DNA from: Syncephalis fuscata S228
Taxonomy: Eukaryota; Fungi; Zoopagomycota
DNA: 64,000 bases
Assembly (NCBI GenBank): GCA_025786725.1
Contig: JAHLTZ010000007.1
Location: forward strand, 310,001 to 374,000
Direction: 5' to 3'
In this document: piece by piece, positions 38,672 to 52,581 of the stretch
Layout: each line of letters begins with the position of its first letter
How positions within the stretch are numbered: the first letter of the stretch is position 1
The notes under the pieces: generated by a model
Databases searched by the model: none
Told to the model about the DNA's origin: nothing
What the model saw: only the letters and a program-made list of their open reading frames with translations
Translations under genes and position numbers: made by a program

Positions 38672-39825
38672 TTAAAGGTAAGAACTCATTAGCAATCAAT
38701 CAAATCATAATGCTAACTATCTAATATACTTAGTTGCTTTACATCATCTATTCATTGCTTATATGTACCAATAAATATTGTGAATATTCTTTTATTTAGT
38801 ATATAAATCATCGTTTCATTTTCTACAATGTAATAAAACTAACATGTTTTATTTTAATGACTTTTATTCTTTTAATACATTCGCCATTATACTGAAGCTA
38901 CGTTCTATAATAATGAGTGTTTTTTGGGTGTAAATGATTTTATTCTTTTAATACATTCGCCATTATACTGAATATATGTTCTATGATAATGAGTAGTTTT
39001 GGTGTCAAATGACTTTTATTCTTGATGCATTTATTCATTTACTATTAATCTGTTCTATGATGTACTGACATGTTGGGTAGATTGACTTTTATTATTTACA
39101 CTATTTATTAATAAGTCAAACTCGGCTGTTTATAAATATTGACTCAGGCTCACATCTCACAATCTACGTCATCACATTTTCTTTCTCTTTCTTTACACTT
39201 GATAGCATATATTCACTACATATACTTGTGCACTCCATATATGCTATTTAGATAGTATCAGTAGTTGGCTGGCTACTAGTCAAGTAAATAGTGTAGAGGG
39301 TGTTTGTACTTGCATTGCTCTTTTGTAATCTGACCTTTTTTATAAATCACTTTCTTCACTTCAATCATTGGTGTTAACAACTTTTATTGACACGGTAGGT
39401 GCATTCCTGACTTGTTTTATGTTATCTCGAGCATATACTGTAAAATCTTGTTGTATGTTTTGTTTTATTATGGATCGCCATTGCAGATCATCTGGCAACA
39501 ACTTAGCAATCTCAACAGTGGCAGTGCAATATGCTACTGCCAGGGCTGTAGAAAGCTGCTGTTAGTACGATCTGCGGTAGCAATCTATAACAAACTAAAG
39601 GATACAATAAATTTTGTAGCATATAACTACCACATTGATTCTACATCAATCCTGTGCATATATAGCAATGGCAATATTGAAAGTACTGCTAGTATGGTTG
39701 TTGAACAAGTCTTCAACGCCGATACAGCAATGTAATCCGCTACTATTGCTACTACTGTGTGTGCACAATTACCAGCATAATGACCGCACTGGATATGTAC
39801 TGTTACTTCTTTACTAATAGAATGT

Positions 39826-40478
39826 TATATATGTGTACTGGATATATGCATACTGGATAATGGATCTACAGTGATGAGTATTTATAATTGATGTCACTCA
39901 CCGCTCATCATCATGTTCAATAAATTGGTTATTATTAGATATCAGCCATTTGACCACCAGAAAACAACAAATGTGATAATGTAATGATTAAATAAAACTC
40001 ACCACTTGTCCCCATGTTCAAGAGAACGAAAATGTAGTTCAGCTACGCGAATGTTATTAAATAAATTCATTTGACCCCAAATCACACTAAATGGGTAATA
40101 AATTGTTTAATAGTGAAGAAATAAACCAACATATAATAATAGCATAATACGAATCAATGGTTAAACAAAAATATGCCATTTAAAAAGGACTGTAGATAGA
40201 CTAGTCATTGTTAAATAAAAGACTCAACCTTTAGATGGCAGTAGTACTTTGCATTATCGCTGATGGTCAATCACAATGATTTTATAACAAAAGCTTTTAG
40301 TAAAGCTGAGAGATTAGTAAAAAGATAATGAATTATTTGTAAATAATAACAGAAAGAAATAACTAGTGGTTATATTGTTGCTTGGCCATGTGGCAATATA
40401 ATCGTTATTTAGATTGATAAATGGTTAATAGTCGTATTATGACAATAATTGCCTTATTAATAGGCACCTTTGGTGATG
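39826..40478. repeat. 653-bp direct copy of 8538-9190 (third, partial copy of the long IR arm)
   Basis: Same sequence at a constant offset of 31288 at both ends. Confidence 0.9.
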
Positions 40479-40944
40479 TGCATTAGTAGACACGTCATTG
40501 TGGTATATAATAATGTGTAAAAGATGTAAAACTGTCCATAATCGTGACAAAAGTTCTATTGTTGATATAAAGTACGCAATACAGTCAAAATGATACACCG
40601 ACATTACTTCATTCAATACTTGTTTGTATAAAGGCGACTAATAATATCAATGAAAAGTATATATGATAATTATAGGTAGGATAGGCACTGAGTGCAATAC
40701 AATAAGTGGCACATTCAATAATGATATTAATAAATGAGAAAAGCACGAAACGACTGTCACAAATGAATGTGTACTAATCATTATTCTATTTACTAACCAG
40801 AGCCAGCTGGCAGACAAATAGAATAAAGACAAAGGCAGACAGGTAGGCAGACGAATATATAAATGAATAGATAGAAGGGTGGATGGGTAGAAAGATAGAT
40901 AGCTTGGTAGTATAGACTGTAGCCAAGAGACAGGTGTGGTATCA

Positions 40945-41870
40945 TTACAGGATAGTGCACTTCTTTCGACGAGATTTACCATGAGTACCATTTTGTTTAC
41001 CGGTACCTAGTATGCCGCCTGCACGTCGTACTTCGCGTACCAATGCATAGAATGCCTCATCTACATTGTCGGCAGTCTTTGCACTCGTTTCAAGGAATGG
41101 ACAACGCCATTCGGCTGCCAATTTCCTGCCTTCATCGGTTGACACTTCGCGCTCATGGCTGATGTCCGTCTTATTACCAATTAGAACAATAGGTACGTCA
41201 CGATCATCAGCCGCGCCTTTTACATGGAGAATCTGTTCGCGCCGTTCAGCCAACTCTTCAAATGATCCTTTTGAAGTAACCGCGTAGACAAGAAGAAAGC
41301 CTTCACCACGCTTCATGTACATATCGTACAATGCGGTGAATTGTTCGGTACCGGCCGTGTCGATAATTTCAAGCAAACAAGGCAGTTCATCGACCTGAAG
41401 TGCACGTCGGAAGCAGTCTTCTATAGTTGGATCGTAAAATTCAATGAAAAGTCCTTGGACAAATTGAATCGTCTATAATAAAACAAAAGAAGTGTAAAAA
41501 GATGATAAATGATTAGTATTGATATTTCTATTAATAATAGTATATTCATCATTAATACTATTTCATTTCTATTGGAAAATGGTCATTACTATATTAAATA
41601 CAGGATTAAATACAAAAATTCAATACAATCTATACAATGCCATGTAAACAAGTAAAAAAAAACACCCACAGCAAAACCACATGGCACCCACATGGCTATA
41701 CATAAATAACTGAATGATTACAGCTATAGATAATTACTACAATTATCTATGACTATGCTTATTATACCAACAGTAACGCCATCTAATTGCACAATCTGAC
41801 ATTCTCTACTTACTAGGGCAGATTTTCCAACACCACCTGAACCAAATACTACTAGCTGAATAGTTTCCAT
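40945..41870 (-). CDS. Rap1/Rsr1-type Ras-family GTPase
   Basis: Exons 41870-41814 and 41472-40945; GSGGVGKS, YDPTIED, DTAGTEQF (Thr61, Rap-type), NKTD, ETSAK, CAAX CTIL. Confidence 0.9.
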
Positions 41871-42686
41871 AGCGCTATAGACAGTAATAGGTTAGTTAAT
41901 CAATCAATGGTGAGTCAAATAGTAAGACGCCGAATAGATGGCACCACTTCTTCACTTACTACTATGAATCAAAGCAGATGAATAGCCCGGTCCAATATAG
42001 ATAGCGTGGCAACGACGAATTAAGCTATCGATGTAAGATGACAAATAAGTATGCTAATTCGCTACTTTGCAATAAATGGCTTAGTAGAATTCAAAGTAAG
42101 CGAGCGGAGAACAGGTCACAAAGTGGAAGAAGAAGAAGTGAGGCAAGGCGAGAATAAAAGCATGCGTGCGTGGGTGTGCTTGTGATAGTCTCAGCACTGC
42201 ACGCATAACATCTTTTATTTTCAAAGACTTTCCTGTTATTACTACAAATGGATCGGGTAATTATTACCATCGTTGCTATCTAGTAACTGTAAATCCTTTT
42301 TACGCAGCAATGCGATGTTAATAGACGCAGAGAAAAGTGGTTTTATTTGCACAATAAATTCAAGTAATCAGAGACATTGATAAAAATAAACATAGGTGTT
42401 ATATTAATTCTGTGTTGTTGTTTGTTGTTGTTATGTTGTTGCATGTCCACAAATATAGCCTGTAATTGTTTATAAAGCCAGACGAAAGTAGCAGTAAGGC
42501 GAGACCGGCACGCCTTGCAATTGAATAAACTGATATCCTCAAGGCAAGTCGCTGTTTTTGTAGTTGATTAAGATAGAAAAGTTAGAAGGAAGGACAAAAA
42601 ACAGCTGTAGACAGATCAACAGATAAGACGTAAAATAAGTCTTTAAGCGCAAAAGTTAACAAAGTAAATGCAGTAATATACATGCA

Positions 42687-44726
42687 TTAACAATGATGTG
42701 TTGTCGAAGTTCCATTTGTACGAGCCGTCGTGGATCCTGCATTATGATGTTCCAAGTTAATAATACCAGTAACGACTGTACGATGGCTGTGGTGCATATC
42801 TATGTTGCTAGCATCTGCGCCATCGCTACTATCGCCTAAATCCGGATTGCCCAGCCCAGCTATCATTCTTGTATCGTTAGTACCGTTCTCGGCTGCTGCT
42901 GCCGCCGCCCCTGCCGCCGCCGCTTCTGCTAATAATATGCTAGGCTGTCTTGTTTGCACCGTTTTACCGAGTAATGCCGTGAGATCAATGCCGGCCGTAT
43001 TATTGGTATCCATATCCATACCTATTTCATTATTGGCACCGGGACTTGAAGTGCCATGCAGTAGTGCACTTTGGCCACCGCCTGGCATTTGTACAGGCAA
43101 GGCTGTGGTCGTTGCTATGGAGGCCGGCATGCCCACAGAAGTAGGTAGAGCATGTGCAGTACTATGCTCATCATTTTCGGCCGCTTCTATATCCGCGTCA
43201 GCATCATCGGCACTGCTTAGACCGCCTGTATCCATAGGAATGTCCGATTCATCGTCCATCGCGGTATGGTGTGGGAAGTGAAGGCCATGTGCTGTCAATG
43301 GCCCTGTATCGTCTGATCTAGCTGGAATAAGTCGCGGCATTTGTGGAGTAGCTGGCGTAATTGGATCGTTGTTTAGCATAGGATCGACTGGTGTTAATGG
43401 CGCAGGAGTTACACGCGAAGAGCGTGAAGTAGATGTACCATCTGGAGGTAGATTTAAGCCTAATGCTAATCCAATTGCCGTCATTTCCTCTACTTCCGCC
43501 GTTTCATCTTCATCTTCATCAGCTGGCTCTGCCGCTAAATCAACATATGAACGACACATTGGACAGCTAAATCCATCAACCGGTTCAAATACAGTGCGGC
43601 CACCACGATTTCGTCTTGTTCCTAGTAGCGTGCGGACACATGCATAATGGAAAGCATGGGCGCATGACGTTAAAAAGAGTGGAGTTCGTCGGAGTGGCAG
43701 TAAACAGATACAACAATCGGTTGTTACTGGACCAATAGATAATGTGGAGTAAATTCTTGTGGTGCTTTTGTGTCGCCGCCATTTCTACCATCTTTTGGTG
43801 CATTTAGAAGATTAGGCGATAATGGAGCCGACGAGCTTTGTGATCTTAATTGGCGTGATATTGCTTGTGCTTCAACCAATGCCGTAAATGTGGCCATTCG
43901 AAGTGCCGTGCTGGCAACTGAGCGACGATTAAGCTCCACACGCATTCGAACACATCGGTAAATTTCTTCTTCTCCGCCACGGTACTCCACTCCTAATTGC
44001 AAACAATCGCCGTCACGTAGACGATGAGCATCGCTGCGTATGTTTTGTGCAGATAGTCTGCTATGGTTGAGAAAAGTGCCCGATGAACTAGAAGTGTCAC
44101 GGATATAAAACTAAATGATAAAATAAATAGAAAATAAAGTTAGTTTTATATTATATATTAAATAAATAAAATTAACAAATTAACAAATAAATAATAAATA
44201 AGTTCAAGTTACAATAAACAATAATACTATTAATTAAATAGTAATTATTATTATTACTGACTCGACTGAAACATTAATATTGGCCGTTATGAATACTTGC
44301 CTTGCCATCTTCTACCCAAATTTCTGCATGTGAACGACTAACAACTTTGCTTTTGAACAAGACATCTTCTGGGGGTGCTGTGCAATTTGTGCCGGCAGCA
44401 CTAGGGCCAGCCGGAGAGGCCTGTACGCCAGGAGAAGGCAAACCTTCGTTTTCTGGTGAAGGTTGGTTGCGTTGGTGTCTATTGGTGCGCTCGGTGTAGC
44501 GACCAACTTTAACAACAACTCCCGGGGAGATAAAGCGTTCTATGACTGGAAACCGCAGCGAGGGAGAAAGAGAAGAGCCGGAAGAGCTGGACGGTGCATT
44601 GGTGAGATAAGGTGCCAGCCGTAAATGTGGAATAGAATTGGGCAGCGGAGAAGTGGCCGTTGCCGGGCCACCTGTATTCGGCGGCGTGCTGGTTGCAAAG
44701 GAATTGGTAGTATTTAATGCAGACAT
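42687..44726 (-). CDS. FHA + RING E3 ligase, Dma1/Dma2-like
   Basis: KVGR...FKSKVVSRSHAEIW...FYIRDTSSSSGTFLN...LQLGVEYRGGEEEIYRCVRMRVELN; RING-H2 CCIC...CAHAFHYAC...FSCPMCR. Confidence 0.9.
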
Positions 44727-47700
44727 GGTCCTTCGACCGATAGATGCTCAAGATGAGTCTAGATGAAACTACTTCGATACAGGTACAAACCGCAATGGCT
44801 GATCACGACGTCAATGTATATATGGATTACAGCCAAAGGGTGTTGGCAGCGTCGAGAGACTGATGACGTTAGAAGCACAGCGGATGATGCGGACTGAAGG
44901 CCGTACAAAAAGTGCGTGGTAGCGCAGTAGTGTCGTCGATGTGTAAGCAAGCAAAGATGGTAGCAAGAGCAGCCACTTAGAAGTGCGCAGGTAGCAGCGA
45001 ACAAACAGAAAGAAAAATGAGGACGACAAGCGCAGATGGAAAACCAAGTGATACTGGGAACGAAGAAGGTCAGGGGACAAATAACGCAAGGCAATCCAAG
45101 GTCACAAGCTCAACGCGTCAACATATGAGCAATGCTACACTTCAATAAAAGTAAACAGGTCGATAGGGAAAGATCAGTTGTGAAAAGAATAAAAGGGGAG
45201 CTGAACATAAAATTGGCTTTAAGAAGGAGAATGTGTTGTTTAAAAGCTATGTGAGAATGCTAAGCCTTTCACTGGATCTATCGAACAGCAATAGGCCGAC
45301 CACCACCATTCCAGACAATATCAACGACCATGGACCAAACGACAATTCAAACTGTGTAGCCAGTAAACGTGGAACAACCATAGTTTCAGCAACAATAGCG
45401 GTATTCATGGTGTATTTTGCTTTTTTGGTTATCATTAACTGTGGCATTGTTTCGTTTGTTTGGTTTTGAGCGTCCTTTAGTGTATAGAAAGGCGGTTGAG
45501 GTACGGCCAGTGGTTTAATAGTTCAAAATGTTATTGATATAGAAGTATTGCAAGATATGCTAGTAAGTCAAGTGATATTATTTGATATATAAGTGTAGTT
45601 AAGTATTTTGTTTTCTTTAAAATTGGTAATGTTAATCATGCTAATGATGTTAAGTGACCATTATGCTGATGATTTATTAGTGATTTTACATCATTTTTGT
45701 TTGCTATATAAATCACTTTAATTTCACAGTTTTCAATTTGCTAGTACTTTATAACTGTAGAATGAATGATTACAAAGATGTGTATCATATTATATTTATG
45801 AATAGAATGATTGAAAAATATGGAACAAATAATATAAAGTGTATAAAATAAATATTGAGTCATTAAAGCCATAACAAAAATGATAATGATGATGATGATG
45901 ATAATGGCTATTGTTGCCACTTAATATTAATCATACATAGATAATTCTAATTCACATCTTAGCTGATTTTCATGACTTGGCGCACACAATTTAGGAATAT
46001 ACGATCGAGTAAATCGAATAATGGTCGAGTGGTTATTCCCGTGCCATGACGTCGTGAATAGTAATGTGCGAGTATTAAAGACCATTCGAATGATCAAGGT
46101 TAACAAGGCAGCTTGCCTATCACATCGGTGATTGGATCATGTGTGATGGCTTTCAAGGAGCCAAGGTTTAATTCACCTATGCCCAATCAAGCATTTGACT
46201 GGCCAATTTATGAATATCTGAATACAAATAGCTATATTGAACTAAATAAGATTTTTGAAAAAAAAGACGACAAGGGTCGTCTAAAGAGCTTTATAGCCAT
46301 TTATTTGGCAAAAATGGCATGTGCATTTTGGTATGCCATTGATGCATTATGCTATGCAAAAAGACCTCGTTTTGTTTCATGTCAGGCTTGGTGTGCCGCT
46401 ATTCTATGGCTATACTCATGGCTGTTGCTGGTTGACCTCTGTCGTGCCTGCTACTTCTTCGTAGATAATAGCGCTCATTTTACAATACACACGGACGTCA
46501 TCTGACCCGATGTTAAGTTCATTGTTAGTAATTTCATTTGCTTCGAATCGCCTTTTATGTGATGGCTATACAATACTCGAATACAGACATAATTAAACAC
46601 TTTACATTAACAATACTAATACCGGCTATTTTCTTTGTGGACAAGTAGCTGTTGGTATGCGTATGTTGATATACAAGTGATAAGGATTGACCAGCTGTTA
46701 CATTCAGTGATGATAACAATTGTCTGTCCCACCAATATGACTACATCTGCACTTGTGACCACATTGTTTTAAACTAGGCTGCTATGTAATGTGCAACCAT
46801 GCCTTCCCCCGTTTCTTCCTTTGCGTTGAATCTGCTATCAGCACAAGCATTATTCGGCCTGGGCTAAAAGAGGACATTATTCCAGTTCAGTGTATTATCA
46901 TTACATGGTAGCCTGTTTGTCGTTAACGATGTCCTCTTATGGCCTTGACTAATTTTCTTTCACCTAACTTTCCCTTTCATTGTTCCGTTTCTACACTTAT
47001 CTTCTTGCTTATTACTCAATTAATTAAATTAATATTATACCCGAGTAGACGTTAGTATACACGTCTACAGACTTTAATCTTTTAATATCACTACTCCGCC
47101 ACGCTCTCCGTATTCAACACGATCGTCTATCCTACTCCATCATTAATATTCAATAATCAACCATTACGTGTCGCCACCGTGTTATAGTATCGTCGCTTAA
47201 ACTGAACCTTCATTAGAATTCAACCATAATAATACTGTTATCCTTGCCACTACGCTTTAGAGTGTTTATTTGACGAGTATAGTTTTCCAGACTCGCCTGT
47301 TTCGTTTAGGATACAACCATAACTCAACAAGACGTAAACTCCGATATATTTACTTGGCAGGCAAAAAAGTGGAACATTGATGATTATTTCCAGCTATTAG
47401 AAGCCCGATTCTTTTAATCTTTCGAATCGAATCATTTATATAATAGAATTTAACGCCATTTACGTTTTCGTTAACAACTTGAACTATCGGGCAATAAGCC
47501 ATTTTAGTTTTTTCGTTCACATCCATTATTAGTCTAATTGCTAAACTAAGCACCTCATTTCAGAAATTTCACGCACCTCGTTTTAATTACTACTCCGACA
47601 AAGGGTTTACGATCAAATATAGGTATGTACTGCGCTAATTACAATGTATAGAATTCTTTTATTCTTTCTTTGGAGATTAGTCTATATGATATGCTTGCGG

Positions 47701-50237
47701 GCTCAGGATATTCTAAAGCACTACAGGCGACAATTTCCTTTTTTTACGTTTGAATTATCGCGTTTGTATGTCCATTTCCGTTGCTGGCATCAGCTGAGGG
47801 GCAGTTAGACTGTTTATATATCTTTACAGGTTAATAATGGTGGGATTCTGCCAATTTACCCATCCTATTTACTTCTTGCGTTGATCGCTCTTTATAAGCC
47901 TTTCATTTTCTATTAGCTGTTGGCAAACCATCTCTCATTTTTATACACAGCGTAATATCGTACTTTATCGATACCACTGCCTTCTTTATTATCGTCTTTT
48001 ATAACCATCTGCCATTTTCTGCTGGTGCAGCTGCGTTTACACAACTTCTAAATTTCAAATTATCTGCACACACTGTGCACACTTGCATCCGCCTGGTAGG
48101 TTTGCTGCTCTGTGATTTGGTTTTACTGGTGATTCTACCCATGCAACGTCCATAATGGCGTTGCCAAAATTAAGTCACACTACTTGAACTGCAGTTGTTA
48201 TGTATTTTCCCAGCCTATGCCATGCAGTATATCAGAGCGCAGGTTTCCAACTGTTACTTGCAGTCAGTATATTTTGATGCTGAAAGAAAAGACATTTATG
48301 GCGTATTCTTGTTTGATTTTGCCCATTTCTACATTGATGCTACTGCCATTAAGGCGTACACATCCGTCAAACGTATTCCGTATTCCATGTCATCAAAAAT
48401 AGATACTAGACCGCATTGACCTTTCGTTACTCATACTTTCATCAATGGCTACCATATTGGCACTTACACATGTTTGTCACTTGCCTAATTCCGTCATTTT
48501 TGGTGTTGTTGGTTTGATCAATCCTTTACTGTTACAACTATACACAATGTCTGGGTACTTTTGTACCAATAGACGTGGCCATGCTGTGCGACCACTTTTT
48601 GTGCTACGCAAGGTCAAGTTGAATTAAAAGCATTGCGTGAATACGTAGTCAATTACAAGGACGATCATACAACTCCTATTTTCCTTTACAGACTTCTCCA
48701 CTATAATTTACCATTTTACTATTCACCTTTTTGGGATTTAACTGTTTATAACTGTGGATTGTAGAGGCAGCATTTGTCGCTATCCATTTTCTTGCATCCA
48801 TTTTTTGTTAGTCGCTTTATCGACTTCTCCACCACAAGCAATTAGTTGTCCAACCAATTGCTTTTTATTCCATTTTGATAGAAGTAGTGCTGTGTACTTG
48901 GCTATTTGCCACATTATTACTTAATATTACATTGGATTGATTACAGTGTTTAGACGCTAACTATTGTCTTTATTAATAGCCTTTCTCGACACTAATACTA
49001 GTCGTCTTGCTGGACTAATTTACTCTTGCACTCACAGTCATCATAATCTAATTACAACATCCTGTTAATTACAGCGGTTATCTACTGATAGCTAACCAAT
49101 CAAGCCTATTTACCGACAGAATACATTACATACCAGTTTTTAACATCTGCATGTAAGTTATTTGATGCAGCGCTATGTATTGAATGCAATGCTATGTGAA
49201 TAATTCAACATTATCATGCTTGCTTTGCAACAATGTGTACATTGTTATGCTTGATAAATTTACCGTATATGGTAGATTCCCTACATTATCGGTGTTCGGC
49301 ATTTGATCTTTACCATTAATAACAGCGATCATAACTCCGAGGCTGAGTTAATCACGCAGTAATAGTATGAATCTGCCTTCATATCGGGGTATTAGACCGA
49401 AATGATGCTGAAAAGCAGGTTTTATTGGTGTGTGTGTGTATGTGCGCAAACATGCTATTGCTATTATTATTAGTATCTTCCTTATGGTCTCGATCTTTGA
49501 TACATTATCGTGTGTGTGAGCCCCCTATCTGTTTCTCGGTCTATTTTGGATCATGGATTTTTGTCGGATCATTTTTGTTCGGATAAAATAATTTTGTGAT
49601 CACACATTCATGTGGATGGCGCCATGGCGCACATGGTCAACAGCCACTAGTAGTGTTCAATTAGCGTCCAGCATGCTGGATTTGCTTACTATCACTCTAG
49701 AAATGCTGCCTTGACTAGTTCTCACCTTACACACGCCTTTGGCGCCTTGTAAAGGTGCGGTCGTGTGGTACTTGAGGCACTGTTGCAAAGGAAGGTCACT
49801 GTGCATATCTCACGCTGCCCATTCACATGTGCAGGTCACATTCGATGGTATGGCGCGCTGTATGGCGCGCAACCAATCTAAGGGTTTGCCCTACCAATGG
49901 CTCTGCTGAGTCGATGTGCGCGTGACTAGTGCTGTTTGCCATGTGGCTCGGTTTCGTATGCGTAGTAGCTGACAGCGCAGGTGTGGATTGGCAAGTGGCA
50001 TGGGATTTATTTAAATGCTGCAGCTATGCCGATGCAGCCACTCTTCTTGATTACCGTACTTTTTGCCAAGTTTTACAGATTATCGTTTTGCTTATAGTGT
50101 TGTTTACTTTCGGTGCTGTTTTTTCCAGCTGTTAATAGCATTCCTTTCTGCCCTTTTTCTACATTGATTGTATTTGCTCTAGCGACAGTGTTTCAGAGTT
50201 CACATTGCCCTTGATTACTATCCACATTGACACGCTT

Positions 50238-50261
50238 GCACACACACACACACACACACAC
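50238..50261. repeat. (CA)n microsatellite
   Basis: About 11 CA units. Confidence 0.8.
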
Positions 50262-50865
50262 CACATCATTCAAGGCACGCTTCCAAAATTATTCCATTTC
50301 GTCGTGTTCAAACTGGTTTCCTTTTATAGCAACAGGTGTTAATTGCCTTAATTAAGGGACCACTCGACTTTTGTTGATATTCTCTTCTTTTTATATTGCC
50401 GTTCCATTTCGTTAGCATTCCTTCAAAGTGTTTAGTGCTTGCATTTCCGTTTCTTTTTTATTAGTTCATTACTGTGTTTGGCTGTGCCACACTAATACCT
50501 CTCTAGTTAATTCATTCTACTGATACTCGACTGTATCTTATTTGTACCTGCGTGGTTATAATATGTATGTACCTTGTGCTGTGTAAAAACAACATAGCTT
50601 GAAATTATCAAGTGTAAATTATTATATTGCGATTTTTGCACATTGTTTAAATGTTGTACTAATCATTAATTTGTTTATTACCATTTATAGTAGCAGCTTA
50701 ATATAATCAACTGTACGCGCTAGTTTACATACATCTACCGACTGGATTCGGCTTTTAGTATTTCGCTTATTATTACTCTGCAGCTATCGATATTATCTCC
50801 GCTTCTATCTGTCAACAACTTGTTTTTACTTATCATCGGCATTTCACACGTACAGTTACCTAATA

Positions 50866-52581
50866 ATGTCGTCTAATTACACTACTTCCCGCATGGCCGG
50901 CACCACCTCCGCTAATACAAGCCTCTATTCCGATAATCTTAGCAATACATCCTCTGGATCTTCCATTGGGTATTTGCTTACACCATCGCCTTCACGTCAA
51001 AGTCATGGACAATCTGCCTATGTTAGTGGCAAAGTCACTAGCGTGAGCGGCATTGAATTTAATGCTAATCTCGAAGCTGAGTTGCTTTTCAACTGCCATG
51101 AAGCTGAAATGGTCGTGGGTGCCAGTGGTAAAAACAGCTACACTCGTAGCCATGCTCGTACTGAACAAATTGAAGATACCATTGGATACATGAGCGATGA
51201 AGAAGATGACGACATCGACGAAGATATGGATGATGAATATGTAGATATTCCATCGTCCGCCACGAGCAATCCATCAGCTGATGCTGCTGCTGCTACTGCT
51301 GATGCCATTGCCTCTGAGGAGCCATCGCCATTGGCTAAGCTGGCTGCTTCTGCCGTGTGGACAATGCTTACTCCACGTCTTAACATCCCCGCTCCATCCT
51401 CTTTAAAGTCACTCGCTCAAAGTCTACACTTTGCTTTGGAGGCCACGCAGCTACCACGCGTGATGACCCACCTCGCTTTGTTCTATCTACACCGTTTACT
51501 TGCCTGCGCCGATCGTGCTGATCCAGTAGAACGGCAGCGATTCTTTGAGGCTGCTTCAATCTCAAACAAGCTGACTGGATCGCATTTCTCTGCCTATCAT
51601 CGCCTTTTCACCGTAGCTCTTGCTTTGGCTGATGCATATTTAGACGATCATGCCTACGCTGGCAGCGCATGGTCCCAGGTGGCTGGTGACAATCAGTCTC
51701 GCCTATGGAATCGATTCCATATGCAATCGCTCGATATCATTAGCTGGCGTTTAGAAGTGCCAAACAACGACTGGGTACGCTGGCGCAGCTGGTTGGGCGA
51801 CTGGTGGCGCGCCGTTGGTGTCACCTACTGGTCGACTAGCGGAAAGGGTACTTCAGCCAAGACAACTTTGGCCAAGTCTACTTCTTCCTCCTATGCAGCA
51901 CCAACGACGCCAGTCTCTCCACAATCCGTCGTTTCAGCTACATCCACCGCAACCTTGTCACCCGCTCGTACGCCCGTTTCGGCAAGCAACTTTTCTTTGG
52001 GTACAAACTCCCCGTTAACTCCAGCTAAAGATAAACATTTGGCCTATCCAACGCCATCACCCGTCCATCTCCACCCAAGCTACGGACAATCGAGCTCACG
52101 TGGTTCGGCATCAGCTCAACCACTTCTTACGCCATCCTCTTCATTTGAGGACATCTCGTCGGTCAAACAGGCGAGCGGTGGTCGTTCTACGCACCATTAC
52201 TACTCAACGCCTGAAACTCCAGGACGAGTAAATGGTAATAGTGGTCATGACGCTGGCAACGTATTCGATACTGCTCATTACGAGTACGTAAAGAAGGCTC
52301 GAATTGATCGTGGCAACACCGCTAATGAGGCCCCATTGATGATAAAAATAACCTCCAGCTCCAATCCCGGCTATATGTGCTCACCTGTACGTCGTCGTAC
52401 CTCTTCGGTCAATAGTAGTAATGCCAGTGCTGTCTATTTGGCAAAGGCTGAACATGCTATGCTGCCTTCTCCTCAGCCACCTCAGTCTCAGCCTCAACGC
52501 TACCACTACCCGGCTAATACTGGCCAGCTAGTGACTATGGAGCCACATGCATTTTCTTATGGTAGCTATTATGGCCGTTAA
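50866..52581 (+). CDS. Pcl/Clg1-type cyclin-fold protein
   Basis: 571-aa ORF; ATQLP...LALFYLHRL...YHRLFTVALALADAYLDDHAY...AWSQV...WRLEV; Ser/Pro-rich flanks. Confidence 0.75.
   Translation: MSSNYTTSRMAGTTSANTSLYSDNLSNTSSGSSIGYLLTPSPSRQSHGQSAYVSGKVTSVSGIEFNANLEAELLFNCHEAEMVVGASGKNSYTRSHARTEQIEDTIGYMSDEEDDDIDEDMDDEYVDIPSSATSNPSADAAAATADAIASEEPSPLAKLAASAVWTMLTPRLNIPAPSSLKSLAQSLHFALEATQLPRVMTHLALFYLHRLLACADRADPVERQRFFEAASISNKLTGSHFSAYHRLFTVALALADAYLDDHAYAGSAWSQVAGDNQSRLWNRFHMQSLDIISWRLEVPNNDWVRWRSWLGDWWRAVGVTYWSTSGKGTSAKTTLAKSTSSSYAAPTTPVSPQSVVSATSTATLSPARTPVSASNFSLGTNSPLTPAKDKHLAYPTPSPVHLHPSYGQSSSRGSASAQPLLTPSSSFEDISSVKQASGGRSTHHYYSTPETPGRVNGNSGHDAGNVFDTAHYEYVKKARIDRGNTANEAPLMIKITSSSNPGYMCSPVRRRTSSVNSSNASAVYLAKAEHAMLPSPQPPQSQPQRYHYPANTGQLVTMEPHAFSYGSYYGR

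Noticed and set aside
46000-49000. Strand-biased stretch with short ORFs, possibly a decayed element
   Set aside because: No recognisable motif in the frames I read; it needs a translated search.
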